A DNA stretch of 64,000 nt from Cladosporium halotolerans (lineage: Eukaryota), in assembly GCF_011745625.1 (NCBI RefSeq), contig NW_027191463.1, positions 124,001 through 188,000 on the forward strand. Reading direction: 5' to 3'. Below, in pieces: positions 20,233 to 30,856 of the stretch (positions within the stretch are counted from its first letter, which is position 1; each line of letters opens with the position of its first letter). A program made the position numbers and the translations under genes. Under the pieces are notes generated by a model. That model was not told where the DNA came from, ran no database searches, and saw only the letters and a list, made by a program, of their open reading frames with translations.

Positions 20233-21990
20233 ATGTCTCCACACGCAATCATGACAAACGTACCAGAGAAAGCATGGTGGAAGGAGGCGGTAGTCTATCA
20301 GATCTACCCAGCCAGCTTCAAAGACAGCAACGGCGATGGTCTGGGAGACGTTCCTGGGATCATCAGCAAAATTCCCTACATCAAATCACTCGGCGTCAAC
20401 ACGATCTGGCTTTCGCCGATCTTTGCGTCTCCCCAAAATGACATGGGCTACGACATCTCAGATTACCGCTCAATACACGCTCCGTACGGCACCGTCGAAG
20501 ACGTCCAAGTCCTCATTGACCAGCTGCACAGCAACGACATGCGGCTGCTTATGGACTTGGTCGTCAATCACACGAGCGACGAGCACGACTGGTTCAAGGA
20601 GTCGCGAAGCTCAAAAGACAACCCCAAGCGAGACTGGTATTTCTGGCGGGATCCGAAGTATGACTCTGAAGGCAACAGGAAGGAGCCGAACAACTGGAGA
20701 TCCATCTTCGGCGGCAGCGCGTGGCACTTCGACGAGCAGACTGGCCAGTACTACCTCGCCTTGTTCCTTCCGTCCCAGCCCGACCTGAATTGGTCGAACG
20801 AAGACATGCGCAAGGCTTCTTACGACGACATCCGATTCTGGCTCGACCGCGGCGTCGACGGGTTCCGTATCGACAGCATGAACCTCATGAGCAAGCACCC
20901 GGATCTACCCGACGGCAAGGTCGTCGACGACGAGCCATATCAGTCCGGCGCTGAGTTCTTCGCTTCCGGCCCGAAGATGCACGACTACATCCGCGAGATG
21001 CGCGCTATCTTCGACGAGTACGACGCCATGACCGTCGGCGAGCTCGGGTTCACGAAAGACGAGCAGTCCGTCAGCGAGTACGTCGCGAACGACCGACACG
21101 AGCTGAACATGGTATTTACCGGCGACATCGTCGATATGGACTTCGACCCTGATTCGAAGTACGGGCGCGACGACTTCCACCCGCGCAAGATCAGGCATAT
21201 CACGAACATGTGGCAGAGAGTCATGCCGAAGGTGAATGGCTGGAACAGCGTCTATCTCGACAACCACGACAGTGGTCGCTCGCTTAGCCGTTACGGCTCC
21301 GATGCGCCTGAGCACCGCTCCACAGCGGCCAAGATGCTTGCCACATACCTTCTTACGCTGAGCGGAACGCCGTTCATGCTCGCTGGCCAGGAGATCGGCA
21401 TGGCCAACCTGGGCAAAGACTACGGAACTGAAGCGTACATCGACGTCGAGGGAAGGAACCACTACGACGCCGTCCTGAAGACCAGAGGCGGCGACCACTT
21501 CAAGATGGGCGACGTGATGCGCGAGATCCAGCTGAAGTCGCGCGACCACGGCAGACTCCCCATGCAGTGGGACGACTCCGCCAACGCAGGCTTCTCGCCC
21601 GAGGGCACAACGCCCTGGATGACCGTCAACAAGGACTACATCGACTGGAACGTCGCGAGCCAAGTTGATGATCCCGACAGCGTGCTGGGGTACTGGCGGA
21701 AGATGCTGGCGTTGCGCAAGGAGTACACCGACTTGTTCACGTACGGCTCGTACAAGCCGCTGAGCGAGCTGGACACGGGTGAGATGGTGCTTGGGTATGA
21801 GAGGGAGAGCTTCGAGACTGGAAAGAGGGCGGTCGTGCTGCTGAACTTCTCGGACAAGGAGCAGAAGGTGCATGTCGAGTCGCCTTCGCGGGAAGAATAC
21901 GAGGTGCTGGTGTCGAACCAGGAGAATGGCATCAAAGCTGGATATGTGACGTTGGAGCCGTATGGGGCTGTGACGCTTGTGAGCAAGTGA
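20233..21990 (+). CDS. GH13 alpha-glucosidase (maltase/oligo-1,6-glucosidase/sucrase type), intracellular
   Basis: WWKEAVVYQIYPASF, DMGYDISDY, DLVVNHTSDEH, EPNNW, QPDLNW, GVDGFRID, TVGE, YLDNHD and RDHGRLPMQW motifs. First ATG at 20233. Confidence 0.94.
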   Translation: MSPHAIMTNVPEKAWWKEAVVYQIYPASFKDSNGDGLGDVPGIISKIPYIKSLGVNTIWLSPIFASPQNDMGYDISDYRSIHAPYGTVEDVQVLIDQLHSNDMRLLMDLVVNHTSDEHDWFKESRSSKDNPKRDWYFWRDPKYDSEGNRKEPNNWRSIFGGSAWHFDEQTGQYYLALFLPSQPDLNWSNEDMRKASYDDIRFWLDRGVDGFRIDSMNLMSKHPDLPDGKVVDDEPYQSGAEFFASGPKMHDYIREMRAIFDEYDAMTVGELGFTKDEQSVSEYVANDRHELNMVFTGDIVDMDFDPDSKYGRDDFHPRKIRHITNMWQRVMPKVNGWNSVYLDNHDSGRSLSRYGSDAPEHRSTAAKMLATYLLTLSGTPFMLAGQEIGMANLGKDYGTEAYIDVEGRNHYDAVLKTRGGDHFKMGDVMREIQLKSRDHGRLPMQWDDSANAGFSPEGTTPWMTVNKDYIDWNVASQVDDPDSVLGYWRKMLALRKEYTDLFTYGSYKPLSELDTGEMVLGYERESFETGKRAVVLLNFSDKEQKVHVESPSREEYEVLVSNQENGIKAGYVTLEPYGAVTLVSK

Positions 21991-22909
21991 CTGTGAGGTG
22001 ACTTATAAACATATAACGAATCTTCTTATCTGTGCAAAATGCTTTTTGAAACGAGTGAGTTGCGCCAATAAGTGTGTTCATCTCCTACAAAATCTGTACT
22101 GAGATGTTTGAAGCGTTCCCCAAGCTCGTACCACTTCTCCGAGTCGTCCAGGCGCCTAGTCCGGAACTCAGTCGTTGTTCTAGAATCCCTGCGACAATCT
22201 CGTCCTCGCGGGGCTCTTTCAATGATCTCGACTAAGGCGCTTTCTCATCAACACCACCAACGTTCACGGCCGCCTCGCCGACCTTCACTTCCTTGTTAGC
22301 GCTCATCTTCTCTGTTTCTCGCCATTGCGCGACGTTACATATGGAACACTCAGGTATCAGAGCGGATGTTCCGGTCCCTGTACGCAATCGCCTTTACGAC
22401 AATCCGCTCAAGGAAATCCCAGGGAACGATGAGTTCGACGACCACAACATGGGGCTCGTGCAGACCTGACTCATGCCTTCTTCCGTGCCGCTCGCATCGA
22501 CCTCCACATCCACCGTACCCTCCGTTGCCGGTGAGAATGCTTTCCTGCGGTGCTTTGCGCAGGTGTTCGAGGTAATGCCATCAGATATAGAGGTTTGAAC
22601 CGAACGCGTTCAATGGCGATGGCTGGACTTCTCGGCCTCGGTCCAGGCCGTTCGTCGCGGTGGCTCGCCGCTGCTGCGTGGGTTGTGTGTAGTTTTTAGT
22701 ACTGAAGGGTCTCTCGGATGCGGAAGTCTTCCAGTGATCCCTTGAAAGCATCAAAATCGCAAATCCCCGCAAGTGACCTTCGGGAACTCCCATCATACAT
22801 AGGCGTTGCAAGAAGTGTCGTACCAGGAAGAGAGGTTCTCCAGATTCACTAAGCCCCGCGGAACCCGCTCATCTCCAGAGCTGAAAATACGTTGAACAGA
22901 CCCAGAAGA

Positions 22910-24988
22910 TCAGACAGCGGCTGCCCCAACGAGAGAAGCATATTTCGCCCCCAGAGCAATCGCAAACTTAGCCACATACTCGTGGTCTCCACCTCGAAAG
23001 CTCCGTATCATCTGATCAAACCGCTGCAAAAGCGCCCTTACGGTAAGACCAGCGCGCGCAGCTTCCGGCTTATCAGAAAACGGATCGCTGTTCAGGCTCG
23101 TATCCATATCCAGCTGCGCGGACGAGTTCATAGCCGTGACGAGGCCGCTGGCGATATCGTAGACCTTCTCGATCAGGCCGACGCCGTGCACTTCCATAGA
23201 TGGCAGGCTCAAGCCATTGCAAACGGCCAACAGCGCGTGCGCGATATGATACGCGAAGTCGAAGCGCAGCTCGGCGTGGTCGGACGAGTCGCGCAGCAAG
23301 CCGTGCGACATGCACAGGCTCCACAGGCGGTTGAGCAGCCAGAACTGCGTGACGGAGATGTCCGCCTGCTGGCTTTCGAGCAGCTGATCCAGGGGCAGGA
23401 GGGAAGCGGAGGGCTCGAAGGAAATGCCGCCGATGAGGCAGCCTTCGCGGGCGCGGCGCTGCGCGCGGAACATCTGGAGGGCTCGCCGCCGGTCGAAGGT
23501 CTCGCAGCAGCCGTCGCTGTATTTGCAGTAGCCCGTCCAGCATTCGACGACGCTTTCGTCGATGGCGTCGAAGGTTTCCATGAGGTAGAGGAGGCCTGTC
23601 ATGCCGATGGTGTCGGTCTGGTCTTGGCTCATTGTGCTGGACGACCCGAAGGCACGCATGAAACAGGCGTTCACAGCTGGGCTGCCGCGGAAGCCGATCG
23701 AGTGGTGCTTCTGGAGCGCGTAAGCTCTGCGGATGGTGTCAGTTCAAAAGCCCAAGGGCACATGGATATGCTCTTTAATTACCTCTCAGTCACTGACAGC
23801 ACCAGGTAAGTTCTCAGCCATTGCTCCCTTGTCTCTGAGTCCAGGCTGTCATAAGCCTGCGGCAGATGCATAGACAGAGAGTTGGCAAGGTCAACAGCCT
23901 CTCTCAAACGGTGATGTGCCGCTTTATGCAAGCCGTTGCCGAAGAGGCAGGCGAAGATGAAGAAGCTCGATAATATCATATGAACAGATGGATTCTCGCC
24001 GAAATCGATGGTCATCCTCATCTTGATTGACTCCTCAAGAAGCATCCGAGCCTGAACAGACCGCGATGGCGTGGAGGCCACCTCGTGGATCTGCACGGGC
24101 TGAGTCATGGCGAAAGCACACATTGCTAGCAACATCGCACCGAACTGAGGATCCTGTTGATGCTTCCGCAAGAGCATTTCCTGGTAGATCATCGTGCGGC
24201 TCAGGACCGGCACGGTGGGATGCAGGCGCTTGAAGTAGACGTCGATCCAAGGCAGGAGTGCCTCCTGACTGATGCTGTTCGGCCAAAACTCCACCGACTC
24301 CAGCATTGCTTGCTCGGGCATGGCAGCGAACAAGTTCATGGAGTCGTCTGGCGGCGAATCGATCGGTAGACTAGGTAATAGGAAATCAGGCGCATCCAGA
24401 TCGTAGGAGGCAGAAGTACCGGGCTGCGTAGGGCCATTTTGCGTATTCGCAAACCCAAGGTCTTCACGGACCTGATTTGGCGCATTAGAGGCTTGTGTTG
24501 CATCTCCGGTGGCAGAAGGCCAATATGTCAAAGTAGGAGAAGACTGCGCATCAGCCATAGCGAAGCCGTCAGAAGAGACCGTGCTAATACGGTGCAGCGC
24601 TGCTCCGTCCTGAGTGCTGGTCGGACTGATCTCGGCGGTCGCACCGTTCGTGCGCGGTGAAACCATCGACTCCCGAACATCCAGCACATGCATGCTCCCT
24701 TGAGAGCCCAAGTTCGACTGCTGCCGCAGGATCTTGGCGATGCGGCCGGGGGCGGGACCACGCTTCTTGCGGGCATCGTTGTATGTGCATTTCAGACCTC
24801 GGCCGGTGCACGTCTTGCACGGATTGGCCATGTCACAGCGGACCTTCTTTTGTTTGCAGAGGTCACATGCCTACAAGAGAATCAGTAAGTGCACGCGATG
24901 ACTGGCACGATCGCAGACTTGCCCTGTCTGCCGCCGTCTTCTGTCGGCCTTGCGGCACGCCCGCGGCAGCATCGAGTGTCATGAACAT
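22910..24988 (-). CDS. Zn(II)2Cys6 transcription factor, AmyR/InuR/MAL-activator-like
   Basis: ACDLCKQKKVRCD..PCKTC..LKCTY..KKRGP appears after removing GC-AG intron 24871-24922. Fungal TF middle homology region (YFKRLHPTVP, LREAVDLA, LSVTERAYALQ across intron 23727-23782) and MEVHGVGLIEKVYDIA. Confidence 0.9.
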
Positions 24989-25508
24989 TTTGCCGCGAAA
25001 GACTCAGGTGTAGAGTCCGCAGAAGATGTCGCCCGCGCGCACGCAGGTATTGCGCATATGCGGCTACCGAGGTTCGAATTCTCTCAGTCTATGCATAGCC
25101 CGTCGCTGACAATGAATTACCGAAGCATTAGACACGTAGCTGTAAGCAAAGAATACCGACGCGAACTTCTCAGAGAGTGAGGCAATACTACACTTGCATC
25201 AAGAACAGCAAGCACCGCCAAGGTTGATGTCCGCACGCCGGATGTGGCGTATCCGCATGCACGAGGTGGTTGACTTTGGGGCCGCACGCGGCACAAGCGT
25301 GTGGAGATTCTCCACAGACAGCCTCCACCCCTGCACGGAGGCCGCCGAGAGTCTCGCCGCAGCTGGCATAATCGTCAATGATTCAATTCACACATGTACT
25401 GTGCACTGTGCATATCTACAATCGACTTTGACGTTGTTGAGTGACCGTCACACGGGGAACATGCTTGAAACTCAGCCATGGAGCTACCAAAGGACGAGGA
25501 AACTTCAC

Positions 25509-27547
25509 CTAAGCCCAGGAGAAATGCTCCATGTGAAGGTACATGTCCTTCGAGCCGTCTTTCATAATACTGAGCTGTTGCTTCGCGACCGCATTGGACA
25601 GGTCGCTCTGCATGCTCAGCGGACCGCAAGCAAATACTCCAATCGAGCGACCACCCGCTTGCGCTTCTGTCTCGATGATCGCAGGCACGTTGGGGCGGCC
25701 GGCCGACTTGTGTATTCTGACATGGTGGCTTGTTGAAGTTTCGGGTTTCTGTGCGTCCGAGTCATCCGAGTCGGACTCTGGGTGTCTGGAGATGGTATCT
25801 TTCATGGAATTTTTGGGCTCGGCTGAAGGCCTGTCCGGGTCTGAAACGAATCTGTCGGTGCCGGTAAAATAGACCTCCAAGTCCAGAAGTGCCGATGACT
25901 GCACGGTAGGATACCTCGCGAGCAGCTCGCCCACCGCTTGCATGAACCAGTGCTGGGTTGCTGTATCACGGGTAGCCAGGATCACTCTGGCAGTTGGGCG
26001 ACTTGACTTCTCAATCTCGCTCTGAGCTGAAGGACTGCCGAGCCGGCGCAAAAAGCTCTCGATCATTGGGAGAAGCCATCCCGCTCCTGAGCCACCAGCA
26101 ATGAACAGGAGACGCTCCGCTCTCGCGAGTTTCGCCATGTCTACTCCGCCGTATGGACCGTCAAGGACCACCCTCGTCGGTAGACCGCAACCTGCGCCCG
26201 CGGATTTCGCAAGTTTGGAGGTAAATCCACCTTGAGGCCGGATGTAGAAGACGAGTTCCGAGGTTCTCACGTCACACAGGTGGGCTCTTTCGGGCAACGA
26301 GCATGCAGTGAATGGATGAGCTGTCCACGAATGCACACCGACACCGAGCAGGCGGATGAAGTAGTGCTGTCCGGCTTTCCACGTTGTCTTTGTGGGCATC
26401 GCGATCCGGATGAAGCCATTCGATGTGAGCGTGACATCGGCTCTTGGGATTCCGTTGCTGAAGTACGTGCGAAGCTGACTGTGGAGCCAGGATAGGGAGT
26501 ATAGAATCGCTGTAGCGATGAAGTAGTCCCTATTGTACCTGCGTCAGAGGTTGGCCGGGACTGAGCGCAAAAGTACTTACCACGATGAGAGCCGAAAGTC
26601 GCAGTGGAAGAAGAAGAACAGGATAAACACAAGGGCGGCCAGGAAGTGCGAAAACTTGAACCACTCATAGCACATGTTCCTTGGAACAGGTCAGTACACT
26701 TTACCAGATCGTTGTGGAGAGCGAGCGCTTACCTAAGGGGGCTCATTGACGCGAAGGTCAGGTATGTCTGAGCAAGTAGTGTGACGACACCGGTCCAATA
26801 CACTACCGAAGTGTTCCAGGATTTTACCATGTCACCCTTCCAGACGTGGAAGACAATGAACGGAAACGTGTGCACCAGCGCGAGAGCGTACATGGCGTAC
26901 GAGATCCACCGATGGAAAACCTGCAATTTCTCATGCGGAACTCCAGTCAAGGCAGTGATGAAGTTGCTTTTCGGCGAAGTCGCAAACACGAAAGGCATAC
27001 AAGCAAGCGACATCCAGCCGGTCCTTGTCGCAATCGGAGGCGAGTTGCCGTACGAGAGCTCGCGTGTGTTGGGCCAGTAGTACGGACGGGGGCCTAGGGT
27101 CATGGCGAAGAAGAACACGGCCCCGATGGCGCCGAGAATGAGAACTCCCAGCGATGCGGAATTCCAGTTCAGAGCATGTATGCGGAAGGATCGATTGCCA
27201 AGGTACCGGTTCAAAGCAACAACGCGGGCTGATTTGGCGGACCAGACAGACTTTCTCGAGTAGATCATGGACAGCACATAGATGATGGAGAACAAGATGA
27301 TGCCGACGAGGAAGAAAGCGATCGTCGGGAGGGCGAATCTGTGATCTGCTTCGTACCTGACAATCTGTCAGTGGGAGGGGGAATCGGAAGAATTGATTGA
27401 GGGGTTTCATTACCAGAAACGCCAGTAGCCTTGCTGCCAGAGACATTGCTCGTCAGTGTCCAGGGAACACTTGTATTTGCGAGATGAGTGAAGCATGACC
27501 GGTTGGGCGAGCCACGGCGTACCGCCGCCCATGTGCATGTCCTTCAT
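25509..27547 (-). CDS. Ferric/cupric reductase transmembrane component (FRE family)
   Basis: Multi-exon. Ferric reductase domain HEKLQVFHRWIS..LVHTFPF; FAD-binding HPFT; NAD-binding DGPYGG and IAGGSG; CGP; terminal HMEHFSW. Confidence 0.9.
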
Positions 27548-27613
27548 GCTGATCGATGCCTACACTGCGGAGTGTGGTCGCTTGGTGGAAAGGGACAAGA
27601 AACGGTCAGCAGC

Positions 27614-27912
27614 TTTGCTCACAGATGTCTGAACACAAGACAGTCAACAAGTGGGTCAAGATCGTAACGGCCGTGGAGACATCGCATCCGGGATGTTATA
27701 TTGTAGCGGTCAATAAGAGCAAGTAAAGTACTAATCACAGTGTAAGCAAGGAGTCGCTACCAAGCAGTCGGTGCTAGCTGGTCCAGCGAGGCCGCACCTC
27801 CGGCAAGGATGTGCCGTAGGCCGTCATGACTGCGATGCGTGAGCAGGATTCTGCGTGCGCAGCTTCCATCGCGCGTCGACCGTGCGAAACAATTGAGCAA
27901 GTCTGAGCAAGT
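27614..27912. promoter_or_regulatory. Putative Mac1-type copper-response elements in the FRE/CTR bidirectional promoter
   Basis: TTTGCTCA at 27614-27621; tandem TGAGCAAGT at 27894-27902 and 27904-27912; GAGCAA near 27717. Confidence 0.65.
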
Positions 27913-28103
27913 TTAGGTAGGTCCGGTGGGTCCTCTCGGACGTCACGTGCCAACGCTTTCTGGACACAGACCTTGATGGGCCTGTACAAACATGCGTGTG
28001 CTGCTTCGGCCGATTTGACCAGTAAGGTATATCTCGAAACTCACATCCTGTCCGGCAACCAATTTGGAGTCCATCCCCTTGAACAGTCGAGAACTTCGCA
28101 ACT

Positions 28104-28754
28104 ATGGATATGTCTGGAATGTCAATGAGCTCAAGCACCATGAACATGGGCGCGACGGCGACCTCTTCTGGAACGTCAATGGCAACCTCTTCGGGCATGA
28201 GTTCTCACATGGACATGGGTGGTTCCATGGGCGGTGGTATGACCATGTCGATGGCGGATATGGCCATGGTCTTTTTCACCTCGACCGTGACGCCCTTATA
28301 TTCCAACGCCTGGACTCCCAACAACGCTGGCCAGTATGCGGGCACTTGCATATTCTTGATCATCCTGCCAGTTATATTCCGCGCTATACTTGCAGTGAGA
28401 TTCAACCTGCCTGCTATCTTGGCGCGAACTACCGCCTGGCACGAAACGGACATTCTTCGACACTCATCCGACGAGAGCGGCGACTGGAAAGAAGCCAGTC
28501 AGCAGGTGCATAGACCGTGGAGCATCAACGAGGCTCTTTTACGCGCCACTCTGGACACGCTTCTTGCCGGTGTCAGTTATCTCATGTAAGTTCCGAATCA
28601 TCTCTGCCGTCACGCGTCAATGTCAGCTTACTTACCACTTTCCAGGATGCTTGCCGTTATGACCATGAACGTAGGATACTTCATGTCGGTACTTGGCGGG
28701 ACCTTCCTGGGAAGTTTCATACTCAGCGGATGGACTCCTGCGGCAACACACTGA
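28104..28754 (+). CDS. Ctr-family high-affinity copper transporter
   Basis: Met-rich N-terminus; FFTST.TPLYSNAWTP..GQYAGTCIFL. Removing intron 28586-28645 gives YLMMLAVMTMNVGYFMSVLGG (MxxxM, then a GxxxG). TGA at 28752-28754. Confidence 0.93.
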
Positions 28755-29408
28755 CGAGAAGTGCCTCTAATATTCGTGGGAAGCCCGCGAGATGGACAGG
28801 AAATTGGAACAACGATAATGCAATTCGTAATTCATGACCTTTCAGCGAACAATGTGTTTCTTCTTGCTGTTTGGAAATATCCTCCAGACAAATAACACGC
28901 ACTTGAGTCGCCGGCGTTGGTGCTGGATCTCCGAGGCTGGAGGCGGTGCTACCTTATCATGCATAGATAGTGGGATAGGCAGCGGCGGTGAGAGAGTTGC
29001 ATGATCTCAGTTTCCCACGGGGAAGTATGTCCGTCACACAATAATGATATTCAATAACCGTGCATGCCATTGAGGAAGACACATTGCGAGAGGCGCTGGC
29101 GAATCATCACGCTCGCGATTCTGGCGCGTTGCTTTTGCTTTCCCCAGAAAAACACGCGGTGGCCGGCGCCGATAGCGGGCCAGCATGAAGCTCGAACTTA
29201 GCCGACAAGCCACTGACCCATCCGCGCTGCGACCACCTGTGTGCCACAGTTGCATTGTTGAGTGACTCGAGACCCATTGCGACACGAACATTCGTTACCA
29301 GCACCCCTCTCCACTCCTCCCGACCGCGCCATTGCTTGCGCGCCTTTTCCATACCGCGACAGCGACCAAGGCCGAACACCTCAACCACACTTCGCTCACG
29401 TTCGCACA

Positions 29409-30486
29409 ATGGCCGACCCTAAGCCTCTTCCCTTCGTCTACCAGTTCGCGGCTGGCGCCGTGGCCGGTGTGTCTGAGATTCTGGTCATGTACCCTCTGGA
29501 CGTGGTCAAGACTAGAGTGTAAGAATCGCTTCACGCGCGCGACACCAGATCCGCAACATTGACACCGCGTACAGCCAGATTCAGGGCAAAGTGCCCATTC
29601 CGGGCCAGGATCACTACACCGGCATGCTGGACTGCATTAAGAAGATCGTGAAGAACGAGGGGTAAGGATACATGAGCTTGGGTAGACACTGGGCATCTGG
29701 TTGACCTGGACGTAGTGCTTCCCGTCTTTACCGTGGTATCTCGGCCCCGATCATGATGGAGGCTCCCAAGCGTGCGACCAAGTTCGCTGCGAACGACGAG
29801 TGGGGCAAGGTCTACAGAAACCTGTTCGGTGTCGCCAAGATGAACCAGTCGCTTTCGATCCTTACCGGTGCGAGTGCTGGTGCGACTGAGGCTATCGTCG
29901 TCGTTCCGTTCGAGCTGGTCAAGATTAGGCTGCAGGGTAAGCATTTTGGGACACATCGAAGCATTGCAATCGCATGCTGACGCTCGCCGCAGACAAGGCT
30001 CAGGCCGCGCAGTACTCCGGTCCTCTGGATGTCGTCCGTAAGATCGTCCGTGCCGAGGGTCCTCTCGCCCTCTACCAGGGTCTCGAGTCCACCATGTGGC
30101 GCCACATCTTCTGGAACTCCGGCTACTTCGGCTGCATCTTCCAGATCCGCGCCATGCTGCCTGCGAACCCTACCGGCGACAAGTCTGTCCAGATCCGCAA
30201 CGATCTCATCTCCGGCGCCGTCGGCGGCACTGTCGGCACCATCCTCAACACCCCCATGGACGTCGTCAAGAGCAGGATCCAGAACACCGCCCGCGTCCCG
30301 GGCCAGGTCCCCAAGTACAACTGGGCGTTCCCCGCGCTGGGCACCGTCCTGAAGGAGGAGGGTTTCGGCGCGCTCTACAAGGGTTTCATCCCCAAGGTGC
30401 TCAGGCTGGGTCCCGGCGGTGGTATCCTGCTCGTCGTCTTCACCGGCGTGATGGACTTCTTCCGCAACATGAGGGGAGACTTGTAA
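29409..30486 (+). CDS. ODC1: Mitochondrial 2-oxodicarboxylate carrier
   Basis: Three PxD/ExxKxR carrier signatures; KPLPFVYQFAAGAVAGVSE and MEAPKRATKFAANDEWG. Introns at 29519-29574, 29662-29715 and 29937-29992. Confidence 0.9.
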
Positions 30487-30856
30487 GCGTCTTGGTGGAT
30501 ATCTGTTTGGTTTTTAATACGATATGCGGTCTTGTGCATTGTGGCATGGAAAAGCATGGAGTTTATAGACGATCGGACGTTTACGCGACGGACTTCAACA
30601 TGTATGAAACGAGCACAGAACGCATGCGGTTCTTTCAGCAGCTATTTCTTGTGATCTCCTTATCTTCTAAACCATCAACCAATTTCACGGGTGTACATTG
30701 TTCTATCGTAGAAAGAACGACATGGCTCACTTCCGCCTGGGTCTTGGCGAAACGCGACCTCAGAATTCGGAGCTCGCGTTGCTGATAGATGGTCGTCCAC
30801 GTGCGTTGGACGCGCACACTTGGTCAATGGCAACGAACATATAGCAAGGATGATAA

